Below the pieces are notes generated by a model. That model worked only from the letters and a program-made list of their open reading frames with translations. It did not search any database and was not told the origin of the DNA. The position numbers and the translations under genes were made by a program. From Ministeria vibrans ATCC 50519 (lineage: Eukaryota; Protista; Filasterea), in the NCBI GenBank assembly GCA_943704425.1, contig CALSCP010000382.1:4141-68140 (forward strand): DNA of 64,000 nt, in the 5' to 3' direction. Positions 10,466 through 25,767 of this stretch are shown here, piece after piece. Position 1 is the stretch's first letter, and each line of letters starts with the position of its first letter.

Positions 10466-12569
10466 ATGAATTTCAAGAAACGGGTCGCGGCCGTGATAGG
10501 TCTGGTCATTGCCGCGATCGCCGCGTGTGCTTTTGTTTGGAAGCCTCCTGAGGAGATTGTTGTCGTGGTCCGCGGCGTTGATTACTCTCAATACGTCGAA
10601 TGGCACGGTACACTGCACACGCAGCTGATGTCGTTCGCTCACCGTCCTGTCCTCTCGTGCAGTTCCCGCTCAAACCCATCTGTCTGCGCTCGATCTCTGG
10701 ACCAAACTGCAGCTTGACGCAGAGGAGTCTCAGGTTGGCGCGGGGATGCTCAGCGACCTCGACAGCGACGTCAAAACCGTCAGCAACAACCCTAGAAGAG
10801 ACGACGGCGATATTCCAGATTTGGACCTTGCAGAGCAGTGTGGCGTTGTGCCTGCGGGCGTTGCCCTTGCGCGTGACGCTGCCCATCCCTGCGACACCGA
10901 GGTGATTCGACCGCCCGACCATCGCATGCTCAACCCACACCTGGCACGCCTTCCGGGAGTCGCCGGGTACCTTCTGCTGATCTGGCGAGTGACGCGCGCC
11001 CATCGAGGCTACTGGCCCCACGACATTTCCATTGGTCTTGTGCGTGAGTCTACCTTGCTCCCCGTACCCCATGGATACAGTGGGAGCGACGTCGGCTATC
11101 GCCGTGTCCACCCGCCCTACCAGGCGGCAAACCAAACAAAGCGCCAGGCAGAGGCTCTGCACCTGCGCTTCCAACGTTTCGATCTGCCATTTTGCATGCA
11201 AGTGCGCGATGTGCGCATTGTCGCGGTCCGCATGCGCCTGTACATCCTTACTACAAATACATGTGGTCCCGAGCGCGAGGTGCTCATTCCCTGCGAGTTT
11301 GCCATTGCGTTCGACGAAGCAAAACAAGTGCGGCGATGGCGTCTTTGGGTGTCGTACGAGACGGAGCGTCTTGTGTTCGAGACACCCTCCCCCGACCCGG
11401 GACCCAGCATTAACGACTTTGTGGGCCGTCCACACGTGCCACCCCTGCCTAACATGCACAATGAATTGGAGCGGGCCGAAAAGAACTGGGGAATCCTGCC
11501 CTTCCTCGACACCTTCATTATCATTCGCCACTTGTGCCCTCTCGTGGCTCTTCGTGTCATTGGCGTGCACGAGCGTGGCAACACGACCGTACGAGACGAG
11601 ACGCCGTCGTCGTTGCGTGTCCGCTACCTCGCCACGGTGCCCCTTGCGAGTGTCCATCCCATACCGCTGTTGCGTCGTCAAGACGGTCTGTTTGCTCTCG
11701 ATCAGTGCGGAGCGCGTGCCCCAGACAATGTTGCCGTCGCTCCGAGGCACGCACCCTTTGCTGATTTAGACCAACTCGACTCGGAGCTGTGGCCACGGCG
11801 TACGCGCACCGACATTGAGCGTGCACAACTTGCTGGCTATGTGTATCCTCCGTACGTGAATATCGGTGCTGCGGCTCCCGCGTTGCGTAGCGTGAATGAC
11901 ACTGAACAGGAAATTGCTCGACAGCTGCACGACGAGCCATGTTCGGTGCCTGGCATTGACGAACTGTCAAAGTCCCTGACGGATGAGCACTACGAGCTGG
12001 ACACGGAAGACTGCTTGCGGCAGGCAATGTGGGGCCCACCATGGCGAGGTGGCAGCGACATGATCCCTGTGGAGCTTGGCGCGGCTCTCGACGAGCGACT
12101 CGATGGCAGTCAGGGAGTGCTGCAGGTCAAGTACGTACTGGGCATTGCACACGTCAAGGTGTGGATGAACCAGCACACCGTTGCCTTCTACTATCACTTC
12201 TTCTACGTGATTCGTCTTGCCGGCAGCACGGCCGCGACAACACGCGTCACACTTGCAGCGCAATCGCGTCTTTTTCGATTCCGACCGCGCAATTTCCCAG
12301 TACGCGAGTTCTGCATCAACATGGTCGTGTCGGGCAACCGCCTGCTCCTCACATACGGACAGGGCATGAAGGGCCAGCGTGCCTTCACGGCCACCGTGCC
12401 CCTGAGCACGGTGGAGCAGATGCTCTACCATCGCATCCGCATCCCTCCGTCACATGAGTCTCTCTCGGCCGAGCGCCAATGGGCCGCTCGTTCACCCAGT
12501 GTTCATCTTGACTGGCCTCACTACAGTGAGCACTTTCGCCAGCGACGACAGTATAAAGGGAAGCCATAA
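10466..12569 (+). CDS. Type II membrane protein with a probable 5-bladed propeller glyco-enzyme domain (GT91 beta-mannosyltransferase/GH130-like); intron ~10608-10662
   Basis: N-terminal signal anchor; NP, EKNW, WRGGS, YYHFFY, EF...LLLTYG motifs. Confidence 0.5.
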
Positions 12570-12832
12570 TACCCCTTTGCGTCTGTAAATAGTAATGATT
12601 ATCAATGTATACTAAAGTAATAATATTATTATTGTTGATGATTGTTTTAAAGCTCTCTTCTGAAAAAATGACAGTAGCTCCTGAAATAGTTAAATTTTAG
12701 AAAAGAATGAGAGAAACCCCTGCCGTGATAAATATAATTAGTATTATTATTATTATTTTTTAATTTTTTTTTTCTCTTTTATATTGTATTTGTCTGTACA
12801 GTCGTGTGTACCGCTGCTCTCGCAGTGGCCAC

Positions 12833-13916
12833 TCACTCGTCGGGCTTGAGCTGACGGTCGGAGAGCGAGACCTTCTCGCCCGGCTTGAAGGCTGGCATGC
12901 CCAGATAGGGACAGGATGAACAGCGGAATGCGTCGCCCAGGAAGCAGCTGCCGCACGATGACTTGGCGTTGGAAGTGGAGACAGGCGCGGGCGCACCGGC
13001 CGCTTCGAGCTCAGCCCGGCCGCACGAACAGTTCTTGCACGCACGCTTCTTGGTAGAACAGTCTTCGGCAACGAGAGACTCCGCCGTTGGCTTGGCCAGG
13101 TCGTCGGCGCCCAGCAATTCGGCATCTTCGTCGATAAAGTCCATCATGTCGTCGTCGGTGGTCGTCGTCAGTTGCCAGACACCCGGCTTGGACGTGACAA
13201 TTTGGACCGGCTCAGGCGCACCCGCAATTCGTCGTTGCGTTCCAATTTCATAGCCGGGCTTACGCGTCTCCACCACCACATAGCGTACGTGTTTGAGCAG
13301 CGATTCGACTGTCACATCGCGACGCCCCAAGTGTTTCTCCAACGCAGACGCGTCGGACTCGGGCAGCGCCTCTTCACGCACCACAGTGGCCCCACCTCCG
13401 CTTGAAACATCGCCACTGGCAACACACCCGGCCATGAGAAACGCGTCCGAGATCTCGTCGCCCGACAGCCGCAGTGGGTTGAACACGTCGACCGGATGGC
13501 CCGGAATCGACGACACCAGCGGCTCACGCACCACAGCCCGTCCTCCGGGGCGCAGCAGACGCGCAAATTCCTCCAACAGCTCGTCGTCGTGAGTGAAGGC
13601 TGCGGGAGGCAGCACGCCGCTGAGAATGACGTCAAACGACGATGCTGGAAGGTTGACTGAAGAGCAGTGCACAGAAAAGACAAAAAAAAAAAAAAAAGGA
13701 GAAAAAGGCGGCGCGTTCAATCAACTCGTATCGGCGCTCACTCGGCACGGGCGGCGTACCATCGAGAATGCGGTCGTACTGCTCCAACGAGACGGCGCCC
13801 GCTGCACCGACGGCACAGCGCAAGTCGGCCAGCGCCGCCTCGACTGGCTGTGCCAGCAGCGCCGGCGTGCCCAGCAGCAGCACACGCTCGCCCGCCCTCA
13901 CCTTTGCAATGTCCAT
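12833..13916 (-). CDS. CIAPIN1: Anamorsin/Dre2 Fe-S assembly protein (2 exons)
   Basis: Methyltransferase-like fold (LLRPGG); [10 protein letters not shown] and [31 protein letters not shown]. Confidence 0.95.
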
Positions 13917-14099
13917 TCTATGGTAAATATATACGCTTCACCAAACAGATCAACAAAAGAATTGAGTATTTGAGTTATCAAATGACAAATCGGTGAATCA
14001 GTTGTGAGTTATGACTTAGTTGAGCTCGAAATCGTTAGCGATTTACTATTCTAACCCCTATTATTAATTTATTATTATTTTATTCGATTCCATTGCAAG

Positions 14100-15302
14100 A
14101 TGGAGACCGCCTTAGAAATGCTGCGCGAAGATCTCTTGGAGGAGAATTCGCTGGACTTCTGCGACAAGCTGGCGCTCTTGCGCGAGGCCCTGCAGCCGCT
14201 GCAGGGCGAGGTGGAGAAGGACCGGCCGGCGATGAAGAAGCTGGCCACTGCTGTGCGCGCCCACATGAAGGTCCCTGCCCCTCCCTTCCCAACCCCACCA
14301 ACCCTGCTTTTCCTTCTTTTCTTTTTTCTTTCCCATAACAAAATAATCTTTTTTTTTCTTTTTTTTTCTCTCATTTTTTTTCGCACCCGAATTTTGTAGA
14401 CTGGTCCTGAAATCAACAAGACGTCCATTGCGCTGAGCGATAGCTTGGAAGGCGTTGCGGACTGTGACGAGAGCGATGAAGCGGTGTGTCTTGGATTGCG
14501 GAAGTTCTCGTCGATGTACCGCGACGTAAGGCCAAACATCAACAGTCGCATTGCGTTCCGCTCACACTCGCCCCCACGCGCCTCTGTGCGTTGCCTTTCG
14601 ACCCTGCAGATGGCCCAGATGCACAAGGATATGAATGCCGAGCTGACGCAAGTGATGCAGATGCCGCTGGACGAGTACATGCGAGGCGACACTCCGCACG
14701 ACATTCGCAAGGCCATGGACAAGGCTGTGAGCCACTTTGAGTCGCAGCGCTCCAAGACGGAGAAGAAAAAGTACCCGTCCGAGGCGGAGCGCGACATGGC
14801 CTTTGAAGATTTGGATACGGACAAGCGCCGTATGCAGGCGGCCATTGCCGAGTACTGCGTGAAGATTTTGGGAGTGCGTGCGGCGCGTCGCATCGATCTC
14901 TTGAGAAGGTGACGCGTTTGTTTGCTTTTTGTTGTATTTACCTCTATTTGTCGTTGCAGTCTCACGCTGGCTTTTAAGAAGCAAAAGGCGTACCATGCAC
15001 AGGCGATGGAGGAGCTCACCAGCATGGAGGAGCTGGTTGACGCACTCGACGAGGATGTCACACAGGTGAATGAATCGTGACCAAATTATATGTGACTGTC
15101 CTTCTCTGACATTTTCTTCCCCACTTGCGCTCAGATGGAAGGGGACCACGCGTTGGAGGCTGGCCAGTACATTGAGCTGCTCACGGAGCTGCGCGGACTC
15201 AGTGGCATGTCAGCACCCTCTAAGGTACACGCACATGCACACACACATACACACACACACACACCGTTTCCCTATTCCTTCTCCCCCCTCCCCCCATACA
15301 CA

Positions 15303-15397
<95 letters not shown>

Positions 15398-17102
15398 TGT
15401 TCTTCCTTCTTCCCCACGTTGTTTAACCCCTCCCCCTCCCGCTCTCTCTCTCTCTCTTTTTTTTATGTGCAGTCGGTTGCGACACCTTCTCGATCCAACG
15501 TGTCGTCGCGGCGGACTACTCGCAGTGGCTGGCTTATGAAGTATAGCGAGAAGAGTCTCGAGGGACGTCTCAACAAGTTCATCAAGAAAAGCCAATGGAA
15601 CAAACGTTGGGGTGTCATCAGTAGCTCAAACTTCTCCCTGTCACACTCTCCCGTAAAAACCGATTCCATGTCTCTTCGTTTTCTCTCACGCACTTTTTCT
15701 CCGCCTCTTTGTATTTGTAGGAACTTAATCCAACCAATGTGATTTCGCTCAAGACTGCCGTGATCCGCGAAGACGACACGCTTGGCAAGTTTGCTTTTGT
15801 CATCTCCTCCGCCGACAAGACGGTCACTCTGCAGGTGATGCCTTCTCTTATAATTTGCCTTTGCTTTACTCTTTCTAACTCACATTCCCTCTTTCTTTTT
15901 TTAAATGCGTTGAACATAGGCGGATACGGAGAGTGATCTTGCGGCGTGGATGGCGGCGCTGAATGAAGCGGCCAATGTGGAGGATGATGACGACGAAGCT
16001 GAACCTGCGCCGGTCGCAGCCAAGCCCGCTCGCCCTCCGCCCACCGGTCGTCCCCCGCCTCCACGCACTGCCGCCAGCAGTGGTGCCGACCGCCCTGCGC
16101 CATCAAAGCCACGCACAGCACCTGGTAGACCCGCCGAGGCTGCCACTGGTGCCCCGAAGCGCCCAACACCTCCGCGCACTGCCAACAATGGGGCGGCACC
16201 TCCACGCGCAAGACCCCCACCCGCTCGTGTCTCGCGTAACCCATCTGGCACCAGCGATCACTCACCTAGTGCGACCCAGTCCACGTCTGAGACAACGAAA
16301 GAAGGCGACACGGAGGAGCAGGCTGATGCGGAAAAGACAGCCGAGAGCAGTCGTGTGGCGTCCGATGACGAAGACAACAGCAACGACGACATTAACAACG
16401 AGGACGGCGACAGAGGCGACACCGAACCGGCCAAGACGACCACCACCACTGCTCCACCCCCACCCACAGCAGTGAAAAAACCGGCACCTCGCCCTACTGG
16501 TAAATCCGCGGGCTCTGGACCCGCACCTGCACCTCGACGTAAGCACGCAGGAGAAGCTGACAAGCCAAAGGCCGAGCGACCTCCTGCCCCCAAGCTCAAA
16601 ACTGAGCGACCCTCTCCTGCACCAGCACCAGCACCAGCAGCAGCAGCAGCAGAGGAGAACACGTCTGTGTCCGCTCCCGAGCCCAAAACAAGCAAAAAGC
16701 CCGCTCCGCGTCCGGCTCCAGCCCCGCGACCAGGCAGCAGTGTATCGTTGAATAAGCCTGCCTCTCCCGCTGCCTCTTCGCCTGCACCTGCTCCAACACC
16801 AAAGGCAAGGCCACGTCCTGCATCGATTGTTGCCACCCCCGAAAAAGTGAAAGAGGTAAAGGCGACGAAATTAATTTATTATTATAATTATTATTATTAA
16901 TTTATTGAAACACAACTGGTAGACACCACCTGCGGTTGAGTATGCAGAGGCGCTGTACGACTGTGTGGGCGAGGCGGACAACGAGCTGTCGTTCGAAGCG
17001 GGTCAGAAGATTGAAATTCTGAAGAAGGCGGGAGAATGGTGGACGGGCCGGCTGGAGGGCAAGGAAGGGATTATCCCGGCGGTGTACTTGAAGGAATTGT
17101 GA
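14100..17102 (+). CDS. ASAP-type BAR-PH-proline-rich-SH3 protein (9 exons) with no ArfGAP domain
   Basis: BAR (LDEYMRGD...[18 protein letters not shown]); PH (SGWLMK...WNKRW...AAWMAAL); SH3 (ALYD..ELSF..EWW.G..GIIP..Y). Confidence 0.85.
15300..15396. repeat. (CA)n intronic microsatellite (others near 18354-18444, 33151-33196, 42567-42643, 60247-60306, 63917-64000)
   Basis: Directly visible. Confidence 0.95.
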
Positions 17103-17204
17103 AAGTCCATGCGCCAAACTTTTCCTTTGCGTTTCTTTTTTTAGACACTCATCCAAAAGAGTCAGAAACAAAAAAATGAAAATGAAAAAGTCTAGTAAGT
17201 ATGA

Positions 17205-18351
17205 TCAGTTCTTTTTGTTCATTAATTGCTCTGGTTTGAGGCAACAGTCGGGAGAGACGCTGTGTTGAGAGCCATAGGCATTCTCACAGGAGAATCCTTT
17301 GGTATACCGGGCAACGTCAACCGAGTCAAACGTGATGTGGTGGCACGGCGAGTCGTCGAGACAGACAATCTCGCCTGCGGTTTGGCTTTTGTGCGCACTA
17401 ACATTGCGCACCGTGATGTTGCGAAAGACGGGTGTTGCCGTGGCGTTGGTTGGAGGGATGCTGCCCGAGTACTCCTGAGAAGGGATACCGGGGAGGGGGG
17501 TGAACACGATAGGAAGAAAAAGAAAAAGTTATGGATGTTGTATACGTGGTTATGTCGGGTCCTACCATGGTGATGCTGACAACCTCGCTGACTTCCGTAA
17601 TGGTCAGGTTTGAGTACAAAATGTTCTCAACAACACCGCCGCGTCCACGCTGGCTCTTGATGCGTACCTGTGGGTGTGGAGTAGAGGGTGAAAAAAAGAG
17701 TAACAAAGAGGGAGAAAGAGAGACTCTCTCTAATTCCTTCTGTCTCGCCCTCCATCTCTCGTACTGCCTTGTCAGTTCCACTGCAAACACTGTCACGAAT
17801 GGTCACGTTGCGCACCGAGCCACTGGTTTCGCTTCCGATTGCAACGCCATGGCCGTGAAGGAATGTCATTCGCTATAATAATTATAATTTGTTACATCTT
17901 TTGAGTGTGTATGATGTAGTGCGACACGCACCTCAACGAGAATGTTCTCAGTGCTGATGTTGACCTGGCGCCCTGACCAGTCTTTGCCCGACTTGATTGC
18001 AATGCAGTCGTCGCCGGTGTCGATTGTCGAGTCGTGAATGTGTACATTCTTAGTGCTATCTGGATCAATGCCGCTGTGCAAGGACAGAGAAGGGTGTGAG
18101 CGCTCATACATTGATGGTGCATACGACTGCATCGTGGCCCATACTCGGTGTTATGTGAGTTGGAGGGTGCGTAGATGTTGACATTCTCAACGACGACTCC
18201 GTCGCAAAATGTGGGGTGCACTGTCCAGAAAGGCGAATTCTGCAGGCGAATGTTTCGAATGCGCAGGTCGTGAATCCAGAGTAGCTGCAAGAGAGACGGT
18301 CGTTGGTCCGCGTCCCTAGAAAGATTGAGTATAGATTTGGGGAGGGAAATT

Positions 18352-18448
<97 letters not shown>

Positions 18449-19121
18449 GCAAATTATTATTATTAGAAGAAGACATTTCCAATAATTAGTAATATGTTCG
18501 GGTTGTTTACGTTCCGTCCGGACATGTTGGCCTGCATTTCTCCCACCAACCAGCGCCTTGACCATCAATCACACCCGGACCCTCGATAGTGATGTTTTTC
18601 AATGAGCCCCATTGGTCGCACTGATCGGCATCGGCCGAGTCCACCTTCATTTTGAGGCACTGTGCGCCGTTCAAGAGTCCGGCGTGCGCCTCGCGCATCA
18701 GACCAGCCGTACGCGTGTATCGCATGTCGTACGCCTTCCACTCTGTCGATCCAAGGAGTGTGGCGTTTCCTCCGACCGACAGCGTCTGGTGGCTCCTCAG
18801 AGTCAGGGCGCCGGAGAGGTAGACGCCTGCAAACGAGCGAACGAGCGGTCAGGGCAGCAGACGCAAACGAATTCCCTGTACCGGGACCCGGAAGAAAGAG
18901 CGTCTCGCACGAATCCAGGCATGTTTGTAGCTCCTTTGTGGTGTCGGTCTTTCCGTCGCTGTGCGCACCTGTAACAGCATCACGGGGGAAGCAAACGTTG
19001 CGAAAGGGAAACACCACAACTCACCGCAATCAGAAACAGCGTTACAAAACCGCCCCTCTCGCTGTGCCGTCAGACCGTGCCCAAGCGATAGCGATACAAC
19101 AAGCAGAGAGAGCGCCAGCAT
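17205..19121 (-). CDS. Secreted GH28 polygalacturonase-family glycoside hydrolase, multi-exon
   Basis: Signal peptide; spliced catalytic motifs NTDGIDPD, GDDCIAIKSG, GHGVAIGSE, RIKS. Confidence 0.92.
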
Positions 19122-19208
19122 TCTCAAGAAAAAAAAAGTTATTTATCAATGACTGTAATCAGCTTTTTGTGATTTCAGTCATTTTATTTTTTGAGTCTCT
19201 CTCTCCTC

Positions 19209-20734
<1,526 letters not shown>

Positions 20735-20904
20735 ATTTCAAAAGAAGAAAATTTTAATTGATTGCTTGGTTGATTTGCACTGCGGTTACAATAGAGAGAG
20801 AGAGAGTAAAAAAAAAAAAAAAAAAACAGAGTGATAAATAAAGAGTGAGAGAGAGCTAAAAACAAAGTGATAAGAGACAAAAGTACGAAGTTGTTTTCCT
20901 TCTA

Positions 20905-22261
20905 TTAGGTGGTTGTGATTCGTTCCACTTGAAGGGATGCAGACGGAGGGGATGAGCGCTCCTTGATCTTGACGTAGTTGTAGAGGGCAACGCCAAGAAG
21001 AGCAAGGGTCATGCCGCAGGCGTTGGCAAGGGAAACGGGGTTGCGGAAGACAAGGATACCGGCAACAATGACCACAATGCGCTTGGTGGTGTTGCCGACC
21101 GAGTACGAAACGGGGCTGACCATGAACAGGAAGGTCATGGCCGTCACGTTCTGGCAGTGATTGAAGAAACCGTCGCCAAGCAATCGCAGAACAATGTCCA
21201 TGAGCTGCGTCGAGTTGAGGCGCAGCGACAGATCCGCACTGAAGAGCATCGTGTTCCAAAAGGATCCCTCGAGGTAGAGCCAGACGGGAAACATAAGAAG
21301 GGTGGAGAGGCGCGCTGTCTGGAACAACAGGTTCATATGGTCAACTAGCTGCTCACGCATCAACTTTTTCGAGTAAATGTTCTGCAGTGTAAAGAGAAGG
21401 CAGGCGGTGAGAGCCATGACCAGACCCAGCAGGTCGAAACGCAGTTCTGTGAGTGATGCCATTGACACGCCAAAAATAATGGGCATCAGCGATAGATACA
21501 CAGCCATGCTTTGTTTCTCTTTGAGCATGACGCGCGACAGCGCAACAGCAAACAATGGAGACATGCCCTTGACTAAGTAGGAGGACAAAAAAAAAAGACA
21601 ACAAGAGATATAAAAAATTAACATAAAAACAGCTGTTAGTACAACTTTGGGGTCAGACAATCCTCCCTTCGTTCTTACTTGTGTGCACATAAGAAATGGG
21701 TATTCTCGAGACGGCGATGGCAGAGGTGGCGGTGGAGAGAAACTTGCCAAAGGCAAGGGGGAGCACGAGACGGGTGGACTCGGACATGGAGATGGGCTGG
21801 TACGGATGAAGCTTGAAGACGCGAATGATGAGGAACTGGTAGAGTGTGATGGAGCCGATTTGCGAAAGGGCGACGGTCAGCGGAATGGGATAAAGGTTGA
21901 GCACACTCTTGCTGATGGTGTTGGCGGCCGCACTAAACGCATACCACCCAAAACACATCAGAATGACGCGAATCACGGTGCCCCGGCCAGGTCCGCCGGC
22001 AGGCGTGCGGTTGGGCATGAAAAAGGAGCGCTGTTCCTTGCGGGTTTGCGCAGGAGACGTGGCGGGCAGGGGCAAGAAGTGGCTCTCGTCGCGGATACTC
22101 TTGATGCCGTTTGCGCCGTACGCAGCAGCACTCGAGGCTGCATGTGTCGACGATTGGGTAGGCGACATCCATCCCTGTCGCCACAAATGCTCCGTGGCCG
22201 AGCTGCCTTCCAGCGAAGCTCGTGGTGATGCCGGCATGCTCTTGCTATTTTTGTTCGTCAT
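20905..22261 (-). CDS. SLC35E/triose-phosphate-translocator family transporter (2 exons)
   Basis: ISYVHTVKGMSPLF, LQNIYSKK, SPVSYSVGNTTKRIVVI, GVALYN. Confidence 0.9.
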
Positions 22262-22490
22262 GCCGTTCCCTTGAAAATGTCGTGCGCCACGCTAATCGAG
22301 ACGAGACAGGCGCAGTTCAACACAGTCGTGTGGCCAATGCAATGATTCGTCAAGGGGACACCAAGCAGAATGATAAGGAGAGGCTCGATGGGCTGAAAGC
22401 CAAAATAATTGATGAGATAAAATTACAATAATATGAAAATTTCAAAAATTTAGTCATAAAACTGTTATTTTCCTCTTGTTTGCGCTATAG

Positions 22491-23941
22491 ATGGACAGTG
22501 AACGAGACGACTTTCCGTCGTCATCGTCAGCGTCGGCGAGGTTATTAGAGCCGGACGGAGCGGGCGAGGAAATCTCCTGCTGCTCACGGCACTGCATTTG
22601 CGTCGAAACTCCTGTAAGATGCGTTGGCGGTCGTCTTGCGGACCCTCGGCATACCGTGTATGCACAGTGTGGTTGGTTGACAGTGTTCCCGTGGCTCTGC
22701 GACTGCCACGACAGTGCAAAAATCGCATTTTTTTTTTCTCGGGCAACACAAAACTGATGTTTCGTTGGTCACGCAGGGAATCCAACGACGGCACGGCGCG
22801 TCCATCGACCACGCCATGGTGGTGATCTTTCTTGAGTTCTTCTCCATTGGTCTGCTCATGACCATCATGCCCAACGTGCTGCACATCTTCTTCAAGGACA
22901 ATGTGTTTCTTGTGAATGGCGTCGCGCAGGGCATCAAGGGCTTCCTGTCCTTTCTCTGCTCGCCTCTCATTGGAGTTCTTGCAGACGTGTATGGACGCAA
23001 GTGGTTTCTCTTTTTGACCGTCCTCTTCACCACGGCACCCGTTGCACTCCTCTTCGTCTCCAACCTGTGGCTCTACACGTTTGCTCTCGCTATCTCCGGC
23101 ATCTTTTCCGTCACCTTCTCCGTTGTCTTTGCCTATGCTGCCGACATTACGAACGACACTGAGAGAAGTGTTGCCTACGGAAAGGTGAAGAGGCGCACTA
23201 TTTTTGTTGGGTGCATGCTGCATGGCCATCTCTGTTTGCGTCTTTGTTTGTGAATGTGTGTCTTTGGTATGTGTGTATACTTATTATCATATTATGACGT
23301 AGTATATACGCTCTTGATTCTCTATTTAATTTCTTGTTAATATAATTATATATATATATGTGCGTGTGTATTCGTCATTGTTCTGGCTTTTGGACTGAAA
23401 AACTTCCCACGTCCGTGGAATAGGTCACCGCCATGTTTGCTGCATCGCTCATTACAAGCCCGGCTATTGGCTACTTTGTCACGGAGTTCTATGGCACATC
23501 GGCAACCTTTGCGCTGAGCTGCGCCATTGCCCTGCTGGACTTGCTCTACATTGTGCTTGTGGTGCCCGAGTCGTTGCCCGAGCGACTGCGCTCCCGCTCG
23601 GTCTCTTGGAAGCAGACGGATCCCTTTGCCTTCTTGCGCACCACCATGCGGAACAAGGTGCTTGTCCGTCTCGCCCTTATGGTGTTTCTAAGGTATCCAT
23701 CGTCCTCGTTTTCCTTTGTCTCTTGCTCTCTTTAGCTCATTCTCACTTCTCTCTCTCTCTCTATCACTTTGTTTCTTTCTCCTCTCTCTCTCTCTATCAC
23801 TTTGTTTCTTTCTCCTCTCTCTATCACTTTGTTTCTTTCTCCATTCTCTCTCTCTCTCTCTCTATCACTTTGTTTCTTTCTCCTTTCTCTCTCTCTATCC
23901 CTTTGTTTCTTTCTCCTCTCTCTCTCTCTATCACTTTGTTT

Positions 23942-23983
<42 letters not shown>

Positions 23984-24867
23984 NNNNNNNCTTTTTTTTT
24001 TTTTTCAGCTACCTTCCGGAAGCAGGCGAGACACTGATGATCTTGCAGTACCTTGAAGCGCGTCTCGGGTTCACACCGTCGCAACTGGCCGTGTACATTG
24101 CACTGATGGGTGTGCTGAGCATCTTCTCGCAGACGTGGCTGCTGTCGCGCCTATTGCGACGTCTGGGCGACCTTCATGTGATCCGCATTGGTCTTGCGCT
24201 CGGGTGCATTCAGATGTTTCTCTTTAGCGTCGTGTCGCATCCCTGGATGTCATACTTTTCAGGATGCATTGCGGCCTTGGCGACACTCACCTACCCGGCT
24301 ATCAGTGCGCTCATTTCCAAGCTGTCGAATGCAGACCAGCAGGGTGCGTCGCTAGGCATGGTCACGGGCATCCGCATGCTCTGCAACGGGATGGGGCCTG
24401 CCCTCTTTGGCGTACTCTTTCAGGCCGTCGGCTTCCAGATGGGCGACGGCAGCACCGACGCCAACGGCGGTGTTGCCTCTGACACAACCTTGTCTTCCTC
24501 TGCCGCTGTCACTGTTCTTGCTCCCATCGTCACCACCGCTTTTGCCAATCTTACCGACATCGCAAGCTCACCATCGGCCGTTGCCGACACTCGACACGTC
24601 TCCGCCTTGGCCGGCCTCCCATTTTTCGTGGGCGGCCTCCTTACCCTGGCGGCCTTCCTCACCACCCTCACCATCAAAGACTCAGATCTGCGTCACGGCC
24701 TTAGCGCTGCCGCTGATGCCTCACATCACAACCACCACCACCACAACCGCCGTCACAGCGAAGACGACGCGACCCACACCATCACGTCCGCTGATCTTGT
24801 CGTCCACACCTCGCTGCCCCACTCGCCACTCATCGTGTCCTCTACATCCGCCTCCAAGGATGAGTGA
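22491..24867 (+). CDS. MFSD14: MFSD14/HIAT1-family MFS transporter (4 exons; N gap in last intron)
   Basis: HAMVVIFLEFF, DVYGRK, FSVTFSVVFAY, VPESL, SYLPEAG, GIRMLCNGMGPALFG. Confidence 0.92.
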
Positions 24868-25025
24868 CCGCACCAATAGTGCAGCTGTACACACTCCATT
24901 TTGTACATAACACAACAATAACAATAATTATTATGACTGTATCATATAAACTTAACAATTAATAATAATTGATATCACAAAATGAAATAATATACAAGGG
25001 TGTACTAACCATACTGAGGTTCGGT

Positions 25026-25092
<67 letters not shown>

Positions 25093-25101
25093 AACTCATG
25101 A

Positions 25102-25520
25102 TTACATACAATAAGGAAGGGTGGTCACAGCGTGCGCTTGTTGCTGTGGCGTTGGCAGTTGTCTTGCGAGCATAAAGGAGACTTCATCGACGTCTTCGTC
25201 TGATTGCTGCGTCGTCGGGGCCTCGTAGCCTCCGTCGCTCGTCATAGCCCGTCCATGCGACTCCACAACTGGCACCGTCATAACGACGGGGAGCGCCTCC
25301 TGGAGCTTTTCCGTGGAGAACTTGTCAACCGCCATCCTTGAATGTTCGCCGTCCTTCTTCTCCTCGCCACGGTCCCCTCTCGTCGAATTCGCCGCTGCGG
25401 CCATCGCCACGCTACTGCCACTGCATGTTGTTGCCCACAGTGGCGTCGCACTCGCGTCTGCCTCGTCGTGGCGCCACAGTTGTGAGAATTTCACGTCGAG
25501 CTGTGTCATCGCAGCTTCTG
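25102..25520 (-). CDS. Probable terminal exon of an unidentified low-complexity protein next to an N gap
   Basis: 135-aa GC-rich ORF with an upstream CAG acceptor; no recognisable domain. Confidence 0.3.
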
Positions 25521-25767
25521 TGACTCATCGCCTTGTCGAAACGGAGGCACTTGTTTTTCTTCTGGAGGAGCCGCAATNNNNNNNNNNCGAAAAAAAAAAA
25601 AAAAAAAGGCAGGAGGGAGCAAGGCCAGCGAGCGTAGAGGGAACAAGGAGTCGATGTGATCTGATGTGGCGTGCGTAGAGTAGAGAGCTGCGGAGACGAA
25701 ATAATTTTAATCGGAATTAGGTTATTACTCATTTTTAATTGATCAGTTTTTCTTTTGGTGTCGTCGG

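Noticed and set aside
10506-11750. Long antisense and alternate-frame ORFs (also over SAC9, PHF14 and the Hsp100 gene)
   Set aside because: Expected shadows of GC-rich coding sequence; no motifs
23693-23702. Donor GTATCCAT resembling a U12 intron
   Set aside because: Deviates from GTATCCTT, no TCCTTAAC branch site is visible, and the 3' end is interrupted by Ns
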